Shown in pieces: positions 19,272 to 28,492 of a DNA stretch of 64,000 nt. The DNA is taken from positions 18,362-82,361 of the forward strand of contig CAIULK010000014.1 of NCBI GenBank assembly GCA_903899885.1. The letters are read 5' to 3'. The translations under genes and the position numbers were made by a program. This DNA is from an uncultured Rhodospirillaceae bacterium (GTDB lineage Bacteria > Pseudomonadota > Alphaproteobacteria > Rhodospirillales > Magnetospirillaceae). Under the pieces are notes generated by a model. It saw nothing but the letters and a program-made list of their open reading frames with translations, had not been told where the DNA came from and did no database searches. Every line of letters begins with the position of its first letter. Within the stretch, counting starts at the first letter, position 1.

Positions 19272-20887
19272 CGCAACCTTCCCCCGGGCCCGCCCTGGCG
19301 CGGGCGCCTTTGGTCCTTGCCATCTACGCCGTGACCGCGGCCATCCTGGCGGCAAGCTGGTGGCGGGGCCTGGTGCCGTTTCCATTTCTCGGCGGCGACG
19401 CTGGCAACATCGCATCCTTTGCCGCCGGATGGAGCCATCCCGGTGCATGGACCGGCGACATGGTGCTGGCCAACCACGACAATTTCCGTTTTTACGCGAC
19501 GATCCACATCCCGCTGCTGATCGCGTTGGCACCGCTGACGGGGGATCTGGGCACCGCGTTCGTGGTTTTGCTCGCTCCCCTGATGTGGATTCAGGCGTTG
19601 GGTCATTGGCTGTTGGGACGGCTTTTGTTCCGTCATGCCGATGGTGCCTTCCTGCTCGGCCTGCTGTCCTTCGGCTCGGTGTCGATGACGCTGGATTACT
19701 ACGGCACCTATCCCGACGCACAGCCGCGCTTTCTGTTCCAGGCGGCCTTGCCGTTTCTGCTGGCCGGTTTGGTGAAGGCGGCCGAATCTCCCGGCCGTTG
19801 GCCCCGGCTGATGGGACTGCACGGCCTTGCCGTCTATCTGCATCCGGTCAGCGCCCCGTCGGTGGCGCTGGCGTCTTGGCTGACCCTTCTTCTTCGCGGG
19901 CCGCGTGGGCGGCCCGTGATGGCTGGATTGGCCTTCGTTCTGCCCGCGCTGCCGTTCGCGGCCATGTATCTGAGCGGGCATGAACACGGCCCCACCGCCG
20001 ATTACGCGGCGGCCTTGGCCCGTCAATCCCTTCTGTTCGGCCCGGAATTCACCGATGGGTGGGCGTATCTGCGCAGGGTGCTGACAACGTGGCAGATGCG
20101 CTGGTTCGTGCCGGTCTGGGGGTTCGGCGGGGCTGTGTTGGTCTGGTATCTGGCGCCGACGCAACGGCCCAGGCTGGTCTTGCTGACCGTCTGGATGTCC
20201 ATGGTGGTGGTGGCGTCGCTGGGGGTGACCTTGGCCGAGCAGGCCGTGACCCGGCACCTTCGGATGATGCCGGTGGAAATCGACACCATCCGCAACCTGC
20301 GTTACGCCGTGCCGGTACTGATGCTGTTCGGCCTGTGGGGGGCGGTGGAGGCGGCGCGGCGCCTGCCATATCGCTTCGCCCGTCTGGTGCCGGTCCTGTG
20401 CGCCGCCGTTTGGCTGGGGGCGAACAAACCGGGCGTGATGCCCGTCCGCGACACCGCCTCGTGCCTAGCCTCGGGGCATCTTCTGTGTCCGCCCGCGGAA
20501 TGGGGGGAGCGGCGCGCCATGCTCGATTTCCTGCGCGGCGATCTTGCGCCCGGCACAACGGTGTTACCCGCCCTCGACCGTCAGGAGGGCACCGACGCCG
20601 CCCTCGCCATCCGCTATTACACGCTGCGTCCGGTCGTGTTCTGTTTCAAGGATGGCGGCACGTCGTTGGGATATGCCAACCACGCGGTGCTGGAACGCTG
20701 GCTGTCCTTGGCTGGACGTCTCGACGCCGCCCACCGCGCGGCCGATTGGCCCGCCCTTGCCGCCCTGGCCGACGAACTGGCCGCGAACATCGTCGTCCTC
20801 GACATCCCGGTGATTGCTTCCGATGGCTGGACGGTGTTGTACCAAGCCGGACGTTATTCCGTGCTGGGCCGCCGGCCGACCCGCTGA
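19268..20887 (+). CDS. Large polytopic membrane protein (possible GT-C-like), function unknown
   Basis: The ATG at 19268 overlaps the upstream stop. There are about 12 hydrophobic segments followed by a soluble C-terminal region. The 851-aa ORF-track version is an upstream read-through artefact. Confidence 0.55.
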   Translation: MTQPSPGPALARAPLVLAIYAVTAAILAASWWRGLVPFPFLGGDAGNIASFAAGWSHPGAWTGDMVLANHDNFRFYATIHIPLLIALAPLTGDLGTAFVVLLAPLMWIQALGHWLLGRLLFRHADGAFLLGLLSFGSVSMTLDYYGTYPDAQPRFLFQAALPFLLAGLVKAAESPGRWPRLMGLHGLAVYLHPVSAPSVALASWLTLLLRGPRGRPVMAGLAFVLPALPFAAMYLSGHEHGPTADYAAALARQSLLFGPEFTDGWAYLRRVLTTWQMRWFVPVWGFGGAVLVWYLAPTQRPRLVLLTVWMSMVVVASLGVTLAEQAVTRHLRMMPVEIDTIRNLRYAVPVLMLFGLWGAVEAARRLPYRFARLVPVLCAAVWLGANKPGVMPVRDTASCLASGHLLCPPAEWGERRAMLDFLRGDLAPGTTVLPALDRQEGTDAALAIRYYTLRPVVFCFKDGGTSLGYANHAVLERWLSLAGRLDAAHRAADWPALAALADELAANIVVLDIPVIASDGWTVLYQAGRYSVLGRRPTR

Positions 20888-21012
20888 TCCGTGCATGCAA
20901 CGTTGCCGTCGGCGCCAAAGCCGTGGGAACCATCTGGCATCAGCACCGCGACAGACGACGCCGTTGGGGCTATTGTGTGTGGACGCTCCTGATTGGCTGG
21001 AATCCCGTGATA

Positions 21013-21939
21013 ATGGCTGTTGATACCTCCCCCCGTCCGACCTGGGAACCGCGCCTCAGCGTCGTCATTCCGGCCTATAACGAAGAGGACGGCATCGTTC
21101 CCACCCTGAACGGATTGCGCACCGCCTTGCCCGCCGCCGAAATCATCGTGGTCGATGACGGCAGCGCCGACCGGACCTTCGAGCGCGCCGCCACGGTGGG
21201 CGGGGTCACCGTGCTGCGCCACGACTATAATCGCGGATACGGCGCGGCCCTGAAGACCGGCATGCGCGCCGCCGGCCGCGACTATGTGGCCTGGTTCGAC
21301 GCCGACGACGAACACCGGGTCGAAAACCTGTCGCGCATCGTCGAGCGTTTGGACCGTGAACGGCTGGTGGCGGTGATCGGTCAGCGGCCGACCGGGGTGA
21401 ACCGATACCGCGCGACGGGCAAGGCCGTTATCCGCGCCTTCGCCTGGGCGCTCGGCTTGGGCGCCGGGTCCGACCTGAACTGCGGCCTGCGCGCCTTCCG
21501 CCGCGCCGCGATCCTGCCCTACCTGACCTTGCTGCCCAACCGCTACAGCGCCAGCATGACCTCGACCATGATCGTTACCCAACGCGGCTATCCGGTGGCG
21601 TTCGAGCCGGTCACCACCCGCCCGCGCATCGGCACCAGCAAGGTCGTTCTGGCCGACGGGCTTCAGGCCCTGGTCCTGGTCTTGCGCATGATCATGCTGT
21701 TCGCCCCCTTGCGCATCTTCGCGGCCCTCGGCGCCGGCATGGCCGCTTTCGGCCTCGTCTACGGCCTTGTGCTGGCGATGGTGCATGGGCTGGGCTTTCC
21801 CACGCTGTCGGTGGTGCTGGTTTTGGGCGGCCTGTTCCTGACCCTGCAAGGCCTGATCGCCGACCAAATCAGCTACATGCGTCTGGGGCAGTTGGAAAGT
21901 GCCCGCCTCGATGACGACGGCCGCGCGAATGTCGTCTGA
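21013..21939 (+). CDS. GT2 (GT-A) glycosyltransferase with C-terminal TM helices, polyprenyl-phosphate-sugar synthase (GtrB/DPM1-like)
   Basis: The motifs 'LSVVIPAYNEEDGI', 'IIVVDDGSADRT' and 'WFDADDEH' are present, followed by two C-terminal hydrophobic helices. Confidence 0.85.
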   Translation: MAVDTSPRPTWEPRLSVVIPAYNEEDGIVPTLNGLRTALPAAEIIVVDDGSADRTFERAATVGGVTVLRHDYNRGYGAALKTGMRAAGRDYVAWFDADDEHRVENLSRIVERLDRERLVAVIGQRPTGVNRYRATGKAVIRAFAWALGLGAGSDLNCGLRAFRRAAILPYLTLLPNRYSASMTSTMIVTQRGYPVAFEPVTTRPRIGTSKVVLADGLQALVLVLRMIMLFAPLRIFAALGAGMAAFGLVYGLVLAMVHGLGFPTLSVVLVLGGLFLTLQGLIADQISYMRLGQLESARLDDDGRANVV

Positions 21940-23188
21940 GCGGCACCCCCTTTCGGACGAAACCTCGGCCCCGGGAAAATGGATCGGCGTGTTCGCCCGC
22001 AAGGGCGGCCTGCTGGTGAGCAGCAATATCGCCCAGGCGGGAATCGCCTTTCTCAGCCAGTTGATCCTGATGCGGTCACTGACCCCCGCCGATTTCGGGG
22101 AGTTCGCACAGGCCTTGGCCATCGTCGGCCTCGTGCAGATGACGCTGTCGCCGCGCCTGGGCGTCCTCGCCTTCCGGACCCCGGACGCGGATTATACCGA
22201 GGCGTTCCGCCGCCGCCTGTATTCCGCGATGACCGTCGAGATGCTGATCTCGTTGCCGCTCATGCTGGGCTGGCTGGCGGTGGCCGGGCAGTGTTCGTCC
22301 CGCTCCGTTCTTTTGGCGGCAACGCTGGCGCTTGGTCAATGGGTGGCATCGGTCACCATGTTCTACGAACGCGCCCTGCCCTATCGCGGCATCGCGGTCA
22401 TCGAAACCGGCTCGCTTCTGGCCGGTCATGTGGTGGCGGTGCTGCTGGTGCTGGCCGGGGCCGGAGTTGCCAGCCTGTATCTGCGCGAGACGGCGGCCCT
22501 CGCCCTTAGGGCTCTGCTGCTGCTTCAAATCGGCGCCATTCCCCGCTGGCGCCCGCGCCGGGTTACCTTGGCCGAATGGCGCGCCCTGCTGATCGAGGCG
22601 CGGGTTCCCTGGATGGACGGCATCGTCGATGGCGGCTTCCAGCGCCTGACCGTGCTGGCGGCGGCGGCCTTGGGGGGGGCGCATGGCGCCGGTCTGTTCT
22701 TTCAGGCGCAACGCCTCGCGATGGTGCCCCATCAGATTCTGTCGCCGGTGGTCGTGCGGCTGGCGGGCAATATCTTCGGCCGGATCGAGACAAAACAGAC
22801 CCGCCGCCACACCCTGGCCCGGATGGCCGCGCTGATCGGCCTGCCACTGGCCTTGGCCGCCGCCGCCGCCTGGATGTTCGCGGGATCGGTGGTGCCCTGG
22901 CTGTTCGGCGCGAGCTGGCGCGAGGCGGGGCCGGTGCTGGCGGCAATGGCCGGAGTGGTGTTCGGATTCAGTCTGTTCGAGCTCGGCCGCTCCTATTGTC
23001 TGGCGCAACGGGTGCATGGCGTGCTTCTCGCGGGGCGGATGGTCCAATACGCCATCTTCGGCGCCGGTTGTCTGCTGGCGGCCAAGGGCGCGTCGGCGGT
23101 GACGCTGGGCGCCTTGCTGTCGGTGGTATCGGTGGCCTCGGCGGCGGCGATGCTGGCCGGTTTGGCCCTGACGCGGGGGCATTCCTAG
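21929..23188 (+). CDS. Wzx-like (MOP superfamily) oligosaccharide flippase
   Basis: There are about 12 TM segments. The N-terminus 'KGGLLVSSNIAQAGIAFLSQLILMRSL' is typical of polysaccharide flippases. The start is uncertain (21899, 21911 or 21929). Confidence 0.65.
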   Translation: MSSERHPLSDETSAPGKWIGVFARKGGLLVSSNIAQAGIAFLSQLILMRSLTPADFGEFAQALAIVGLVQMTLSPRLGVLAFRTPDADYTEAFRRRLYSAMTVEMLISLPLMLGWLAVAGQCSSRSVLLAATLALGQWVASVTMFYERALPYRGIAVIETGSLLAGHVVAVLLVLAGAGVASLYLRETAALALRALLLLQIGAIPRWRPRRVTLAEWRALLIEARVPWMDGIVDGGFQRLTVLAAAALGGAHGAGLFFQAQRLAMVPHQILSPVVVRLAGNIFGRIETKQTRRHTLARMAALIGLPLALAAAAAWMFAGSVVPWLFGASWREAGPVLAAMAGVVFGFSLFELGRSYCLAQRVHGVLLAGRMVQYAIFGAGCLLAAKGASAVTLGALLSVVSVASAAAMLAGLALTRGHS

Positions 23189-25078
23189 ATGTGCGGCATC
23201 GCGGGTCTGTGCGCCCGATATCCGGTCCGCCCGGCCGCCGTGGCGGCGATGACCGCGCGCATGGCCCATCGCGGTCCCGACGACGACGGGCTTTGGCATT
23301 CACCGGATCAGCGGGCGGTGCTGGGTCATCGCCGGCTCGCCATCCTCGACACCAGCGCGGCCGGTCATCAGCCGATGGAGCGAGACGGGCTGACGGCCGT
23401 CTTCAACGGCGAGATTTATAACTATCGCGAATTGCGCGACGAATTGGCGGCGGAGGGCGAAACCTTCCAGGGCGGTTCGGACACCGAGGTTCTGCTGGCG
23501 GCCTATCGCCGCTGGGGGCCGGATTGCGTCGAACGGCTGAACGGCATGTTCGCTTTCGCCATCTTGGACAGGGAACGGCACCGGCTGTTCTGCGCCCGCG
23601 ACCGCTTCGGCGAAAAGCCGTTCCTGTTCGCCGAGGGCGACGGCTTTTTCGCCTTCGCCTCCGAATACAAGGCGCTGCTGGCTCTGGAGGGAGTCGATCG
23701 GAGCATCGAGGCTCCGCTGGTGCTGTCTTATCTGATCGATACCGCCCACGGCCTCGACGACCGGCGGGAAACCGCGTTCCGGGGCATCCGCCAACTGCTT
23801 GCCGCCGAAACCCTGACGCTGAATCTGGACAGTCTGACCTGGCGCGTCGCCACCTATTGGCGGCCCCGTTTCGAACCCGGCGGGGCCGCCCTGGATTTCC
23901 CGGCGGCGGTGACCCGGTTTCGCGAACTGCTGGCCGATTCGGTGGCGTTGCGCCTGCGCAGCGATGTTCCGGTCGGGTCTTGTCTGTCGGGGGGACTGGA
24001 TTCCAGCACCATCGTCGGACTGGCGCGCGAACGGCTACCGGCCGACGCCCCCTATCACGTCTTCACCGGCCGCTTTCCCGGTACCAGCGCCGACGAATGG
24101 GAGCGGGCCGAACTGGTCGTGCGGGCCAGCGGGGCCTCGTCGCACGTCGTCGTCCCGACTCCCCAGGGTTTCCTTGCCGATCTTCCCGATTTCATCTGGA
24201 TGAACGAACTGCCGGTCGGCAGCACCAGCCAGTACGCCCAGTACTGCGTGTTCCGGCTGGCCGCCGAGACCGGAATCACCGTGCTGCTGGACGGCCAAGG
24301 CGCCGACGAGCTGCTGGGCGGCTACGAACAGTATTTCCGCCAATACCTGGAATCGCTTCCCTTCGGCCGCCGCCGGAGCGAGGAAGAACGTATCCGCCGC
24401 CGCTATCCCCTGGCCCTGCCCTCCCCTCGCCAAACGCTGTCGAAAGCACTGCCGGGCGCGGTCCGCCGGGCCCTCGCCCAGGCCACCGGACGGGGCAGCG
24501 ATCCGCTGTTCGGACTGTCCGGCGCGGCGCGGGCGGCGTTGCCGCCCCGCCCGGCGCCGCGCGACGGGATGGGTCATCCGCTGGCCGACGCCTTGCGGCA
24601 CGACAGCCTGGAGGGGCACCTGCCCACCTTGCTGCGCTACGGCGACCGCAATTCGATGGCCCATTCCCGCGAGGTCCGGCTGCCGTTCTGCGATCACCGC
24701 ATCGCCGAGTTCGTGCTGTCCCTGCCGCCCGAACACCTGATGGGCGACGCCCAGACCAAACGGCTGCTGCGCGAGGCCGCGCGGGGACTGTTGCCCGAGG
24801 GCGTGCGCGCCCATTGGCCCAAGCAGGGGTTCCGGCCGCCGCAGGAACTGTGGTTCACCGGCCCATTGTTCCAAGCGGCGCTGGACGCGGTGGAGGATCC
24901 GGACTTCGCCGCCTCGGGTTGGTGGAACCAGCACTGGTGGCGGTGCGTGCTGCGGCGCTTCCAGGCGGGCGAGACCCATTTGGCCTGGGTGCTATGGCGG
25001 CCGCTGATCACCCAGGCGTGGCGGCGCCATTTCGTCGAGCGTATTCTGTCCACCCCTCCCGAAGCCGTCCGCGCGTGA
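23189..25078 (+). CDS. Asparagine synthase (glutamine-hydrolysing) family amidotransferase
   Basis: It has the Ntn nucleophile 'MCGIAGL' and the PP-loop 'SCLSGGLDSS'. The start directly follows the upstream TAG. Confidence 0.9.
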   Translation: MCGIAGLCARYPVRPAAVAAMTARMAHRGPDDDGLWHSPDQRAVLGHRRLAILDTSAAGHQPMERDGLTAVFNGEIYNYRELRDELAAEGETFQGGSDTEVLLAAYRRWGPDCVERLNGMFAFAILDRERHRLFCARDRFGEKPFLFAEGDGFFAFASEYKALLALEGVDRSIEAPLVLSYLIDTAHGLDDRRETAFRGIRQLLAAETLTLNLDSLTWRVATYWRPRFEPGGAALDFPAAVTRFRELLADSVALRLRSDVPVGSCLSGGLDSSTIVGLARERLPADAPYHVFTGRFPGTSADEWERAELVVRASGASSHVVVPTPQGFLADLPDFIWMNELPVGSTSQYAQYCVFRLAAETGITVLLDGQGADELLGGYEQYFRQYLESLPFGRRRSEEERIRRRYPLALPSPRQTLSKALPGAVRRALAQATGRGSDPLFGLSGAARAALPPRPAPRDGMGHPLADALRHDSLEGHLPTLLRYGDRNSMAHSREVRLPFCDHRIAEFVLSLPPEHLMGDAQTKRLLREAARGLLPEGVRAHWPKQGFRPPQELWFTGPLFQAALDAVEDPDFAASGWWNQHWWRCVLRRFQAGETHLAWVLWRPLITQAWRRHFVERILSTPPEAVRA

Positions 25079-26295
25079 TGCGGATCGTCGTGGTCAACCA
25101 TCATCATCCGCAAGCCCGCGCCATCGGCGCGGTGCGGATGGCCCGCTTCGCCGAGGCGCTGACGGACCGGGGACACCGGGTGGTGCTGCTGACCGGACCG
25201 TTGGACGATGCCGATCCCCCGCTCGCCCCGGACGCCGTGGCCGACGCCCTGGCCGCCCACGATTGGACCCGGCCCTTTCATCTGGCCTGTCCGCTCCATC
25301 CCCTGCCCCTTTTGGCGGCGGCGCGCGAGGGCCGCCTGCCCCGGCCGCCGCGCTGGGCCGTCCTGGGCTGGCATTATCTGCGTCACGGTGGGGTCTTCAC
25401 CGATTGGACGCGGGGCTGCCGTCCGTATTGGCCGGTTCTGGCCGAGGTTTTCCGGCCCGAGGTAACCTGGGGCACCTTCGGCAATACCGACGCTTGGGCG
25501 ATCGCCCGGGGTATCGCCCGGTTATCCGATTGCCCTTGGGCGATGGACATCAAGGATTCTTGGAACGGCTTCATCCCCCGCCCGTTCCGCCATTTGCTGG
25601 CCTGGCGCTACGACGATGCGGCCACCTGCACCGGCTTGTCCCAGGGCTATCTCGACCGTTCCGGCCGATGGTTCCGGGCACCCAAGACAGTCGTCTATAG
25701 CGGTATTCCCGCCGGTCTGCTCGATGCCCCCCGCCCCGTTGCACCGCCGTTTCGGATCACCGTGACCGGCAGCACCTATGGCCATCTGGACGTCATGATC
25801 GACGGAATCCGCCGGTTTCTCGATCACGTGCCCGAGAGCCAGATCGTTTTCACCTATGCCGGACGCGAACACGAAGCCGCCGCCCGCCGGACGCAAGGGC
25901 TGGCGGGACACTGTACCCTCGACATCCGCCCCTATGTCGCGCTCGACGAATTGGCGGCCTTGCAACGCGAAGCGTTCGTCAACGTCTATGGCCGGGCAAT
26001 GGATCAGCCGGACATTTTTCACCACAAACTGTTCGAGCTGCTGTGCGCCGACCGCCCGATCGCCTGCGTTCCCACCGAAATGCCCGAGGCGGTGACCATC
26101 GCCGCCGACCTGAACGCCGACTTCACCCGCTGTGAAAACGCCGACGCCTTGGCCACGCGGCTGGAGCGGGCATGGCGCGAGCGGCACCACCCAGGCACCG
26201 TCGATCATCGGGCGCTGGCCTTCCACACCTGGGCGGCGCAGGCCGAACGACTGGAAACCGCCCTGGCGGCGGCGGTCGCGGGGGGCGGTCGATGA
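25078..26295 (+). CDS. Putative GT-B-like glycosyltransferase (divergent)
   Basis: The N-terminus 'MRIVVVNHHHPQARAIGAVRMARFAEALTDRGHRVVLLTGP' resembles a GT4 N-domain. No clear E-x7-E motif is seen. Confidence 0.45.
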   Translation: MRIVVVNHHHPQARAIGAVRMARFAEALTDRGHRVVLLTGPLDDADPPLAPDAVADALAAHDWTRPFHLACPLHPLPLLAAAREGRLPRPPRWAVLGWHYLRHGGVFTDWTRGCRPYWPVLAEVFRPEVTWGTFGNTDAWAIARGIARLSDCPWAMDIKDSWNGFIPRPFRHLLAWRYDDAATCTGLSQGYLDRSGRWFRAPKTVVYSGIPAGLLDAPRPVAPPFRITVTGSTYGHLDVMIDGIRRFLDHVPESQIVFTYAGREHEAAARRTQGLAGHCTLDIRPYVALDELAALQREAFVNVYGRAMDQPDIFHHKLFELLCADRPIACVPTEMPEAVTIAADLNADFTRCENADALATRLERAWRERHHPGTVDHRALAFHTWAAQAERLETALAAAVAGGGR

Positions 26296-27431
26296 AGGTC
26301 GCGGTCTGCGTCCACGGGCGGTTCCACGCCTTCGAACTGGCGGGCGAGCTGTTTCGTCAGGGCTGTCTGGCGCAACTGGCCACCACCTATCCCGCCACCG
26401 TCGCCCGGCGGTTCCTGCCCGGCGGCGTTGCGATCCGAAGCGCACCGATGCTGGAGCTGCTGCGCCGCCTGCACGGACGCTTCGGCGGCCCTTCGCCCGA
26501 TCACTGGATCGCCACCCGTTTCGGCGCCTTCGCCGCCGCCACCTTGCCCAAGGACGCCGACATCCTGGTCGGCTGGAGCGGCGCCTCGCTGGAAGCGGCG
26601 CGCGCGGCGCGCCAGCGCGGCATGGCGGTGGTGATCGAGCGCGGCTCCACCCATATCGCCCATCAGAACGCGGTGTTGGCCGAGGCCCACGCCCGTCTGG
26701 GCCTGCCCCATGGCGGCATCGACCCCCGGATCATCGCGCGCGAGACCGAGGAATACGCCCTGGCCGACCTCGTGGTCACCGGATCGTCCGCCGCCGCAGC
26801 GACCTTCGGGCCGTGGGGCGTCGATACCGCCAAGGTGGCGGTCAATCCCTATGGGGTCGATCTCGGCCGTTTCGCGGCCCGAACGCCGGAGCGCGGCGCC
26901 GGTCCGGTGCGCCTGTTGTTCGTCGGGCAGGTCGGCGTCCGCAAGGGGGTGCCGTGGCTGTTGGAGGCCTTTGCCCGGCTGGGCGGCGGAACCGAGCTGC
27001 ATCTGGTCGGCCCGGTGGACCCGGCGTTCCGCCCGTTGCTGGCACGGCTGCCGCTGGACCGGGTGCGGATTCACGGCCCCTTGCGCGGAGCAGCCCTTCT
27101 GCAACGCTTCGCCGAAAGCGACCTGTTCTGCCTGCCCTCGATCGAGGAAGGGTTCGGAATGGTCGTGCTACAGGCGATGGCGGCGGGCCTGCCGGTGGTC
27201 GCCAGCACCGCCACCGGCGCCCTCGACGTTCCGGCCGCCCTGCCGGTGCTGGTTCCGCCCGGCAATACCGAAGCCTTGGCCGAGGGGCTGTCCGGCCTGC
27301 TGGATGATCCGGAACGCCAGGCCGCCATGGCGGCGGCGGGACCGCGCGCGGTGGCGGCGGGCTTTACCTGGGCCGATCACGGCACGCGCGCCGTGGCCTT
27401 GTACCGCCGACTTGCCACGCTTTCCGCGTAA
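26292..27431 (+). CDS. Glycosyltransferase, GT-B fold, family 4 type
   Basis: It carries the motif 'DLFCLPSIEEGFGMVVLQAMAAGLPVVAS'. There is an ATGA overlap upstream. Confidence 0.8.
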   Translation: MKVAVCVHGRFHAFELAGELFRQGCLAQLATTYPATVARRFLPGGVAIRSAPMLELLRRLHGRFGGPSPDHWIATRFGAFAAATLPKDADILVGWSGASLEAARAARQRGMAVVIERGSTHIAHQNAVLAEAHARLGLPHGGIDPRIIARETEEYALADLVVTGSSAAAATFGPWGVDTAKVAVNPYGVDLGRFAARTPERGAGPVRLLFVGQVGVRKGVPWLLEAFARLGGGTELHLVGPVDPAFRPLLARLPLDRVRIHGPLRGAALLQRFAESDLFCLPSIEEGFGMVVLQAMAAGLPVVASTATGALDVPAALPVLVPPGNTEALAEGLSGLLDDPERQAAMAAAGPRAVAAGFTWADHGTRAVALYRRLATLSA

Positions 27432-27439
27432 ATGCTAGG

Positions 27440-28492
27440 TTGGCCGCCGTCCTCGGGAGTTTCCTCTTGAAAATCACCGCCCTGATCCCCGCCTATCGCC
27501 CCACCCAGGCGCTCGTCGATGTGGTGCGCGGGCTGAAGCGAGAGGGATTCGACCGTATCGTCGTCGTCGATGACGGCAGCGGGCCGGACTTTGCCGCCCA
27601 CTTCGAGGCGGTACGCGCGGAAGGTGCCGAACTTCTGCGCCATGCGGTCAATCTCGGCAAGGGAGCCGCGCTCAAAACCGGCATCAACGCGATTTACGTC
27701 GAGGGCGAAGCGGATTCCGGCGTGGTGACCGTCGATGCCGACGGCCAGCATCTGGCCGAGGATGCCGCCCGGGTGGCGGACTCGCTACGGCAAGCGCCCG
27801 GCGCCCTTGTCCTAGGTGCCCGCGCCTTCGGCGATGCCCCCTTGCGGTCACGGATCGGCAATGAGCTGACGCGGTTTTTGTTCCGCCTCGTCCACTCGAT
27901 CACGCTCAAGGACACCCAGACCGGCCTGCGGGCTTTCGGACCCGATTTCGCGCGGCGGCTCCTGACGCTACCCTCGCAGCGATATGAATTCGAACTGGAC
28001 ATGCTGATTCTCGCCCGTCGGCTCGGCCTGGATTTCGTCGAAACGCCGATCGCCACGGTCTATCTGGACGGCAACCGCGCATCGCATTTCGATCCGGTTC
28101 TGGACTCGGTCCGAATTTACTTTTCGCTGTTCCGCTTTTCCATCGCGGGCCTTGTCGCGGCGCTGATCGACAATTCGGTTTTCGCCTTGGCCTTCGCCTT
28201 GGGCGCGTCCGTCTTGGCCAGTCAGTGCGCGGGCCGCGCCGTGGCGGTGGTCGTCAACTATCTGATGCTCAAGCGGATGGTTTTTCATTCCGTCGAGAAC
28301 GACAAGGTGGCGGGGGCGAAATACTTGGCGTCGGTCGTCGTGTTCGGCGCCGTTTCGTATGGCCTGATCATGGCCGGGCAAGGGCTTCTCGGCATGCCGG
28401 TGCTGGCGACCAAGATCGTCGTGGAAACCGCTATCTTCCTCGCCAATTACCTTGTCCAACGCTTGATGGTCTTCAAGGAGGGCCAGCCGTGA
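27440..28492 (+). CDS. GT2 glycosyltransferase fused to a C-terminal GtrA-like 4-TM domain
   Basis: The GT2 motifs 'ITALIPAYRP', 'IVVVDDGSGPDF' and 'TVDADGQH' are followed by about 120 aa of four hydrophobic helices ending 'ANYLVQRLMVF' (GtrA-like). The start codon is TTG. Confidence 0.8.
   Translation: MAAVLGSFLLKITALIPAYRPTQALVDVVRGLKREGFDRIVVVDDGSGPDFAAHFEAVRAEGAELLRHAVNLGKGAALKTGINAIYVEGEADSGVVTVDADGQHLAEDAARVADSLRQAPGALVLGARAFGDAPLRSRIGNELTRFLFRLVHSITLKDTQTGLRAFGPDFARRLLTLPSQRYEFELDMLILARRLGLDFVETPIATVYLDGNRASHFDPVLDSVRIYFSLFRFSIAGLVAALIDNSVFALAFALGASVLASQCAGRAVAVVVNYLMLKRMVFHSVENDKVAGAKYLASVVVFGAVSYGLIMAGQGLLGMPVLATKIVVETAIFLANYLVQRLMVFKEGQP

Noticed and set aside
18332-20887. Very long ORF-track entries whose N-termini run through a neighbouring gene: 18332..20887 (851 aa), 23524..26295 (923 aa), 20059..21939 (626 aa), 28225..30375 (716 aa), 34463..35995 (510 aa) and 47596..48426 (276 aa).
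   Set aside because: The upstream portions are Arg/Pro/Gly-rich, low-complexity translations that overlap well-supported genes in another frame. In each case an internal ATG or GTG that overlaps the upstream stop gives a protein with a sensible N-terminus. I treat them as read-through of stop-poor GC-rich DNA, not as fusions or pseudogenes.
22672-22679. Homopolymeric G/C tracts that might mediate phase variation. These are G8 in the flippase gene (22672..22679), C8 at the MurG-like/gtrA junction (34473..34480), G7 in the 40329 gene (41121..41127), C9 in the methyltransferase (42804..42812) and C7 at 45733..45739.
   Set aside because: With G and C each near one third of bases, a back-of-envelope expectation for runs of 8 or more in 64 kb of random sequence is several per base. 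The observed number is therefore not enriched. It would only become interesting if population or read data showed length variation at these tracts.
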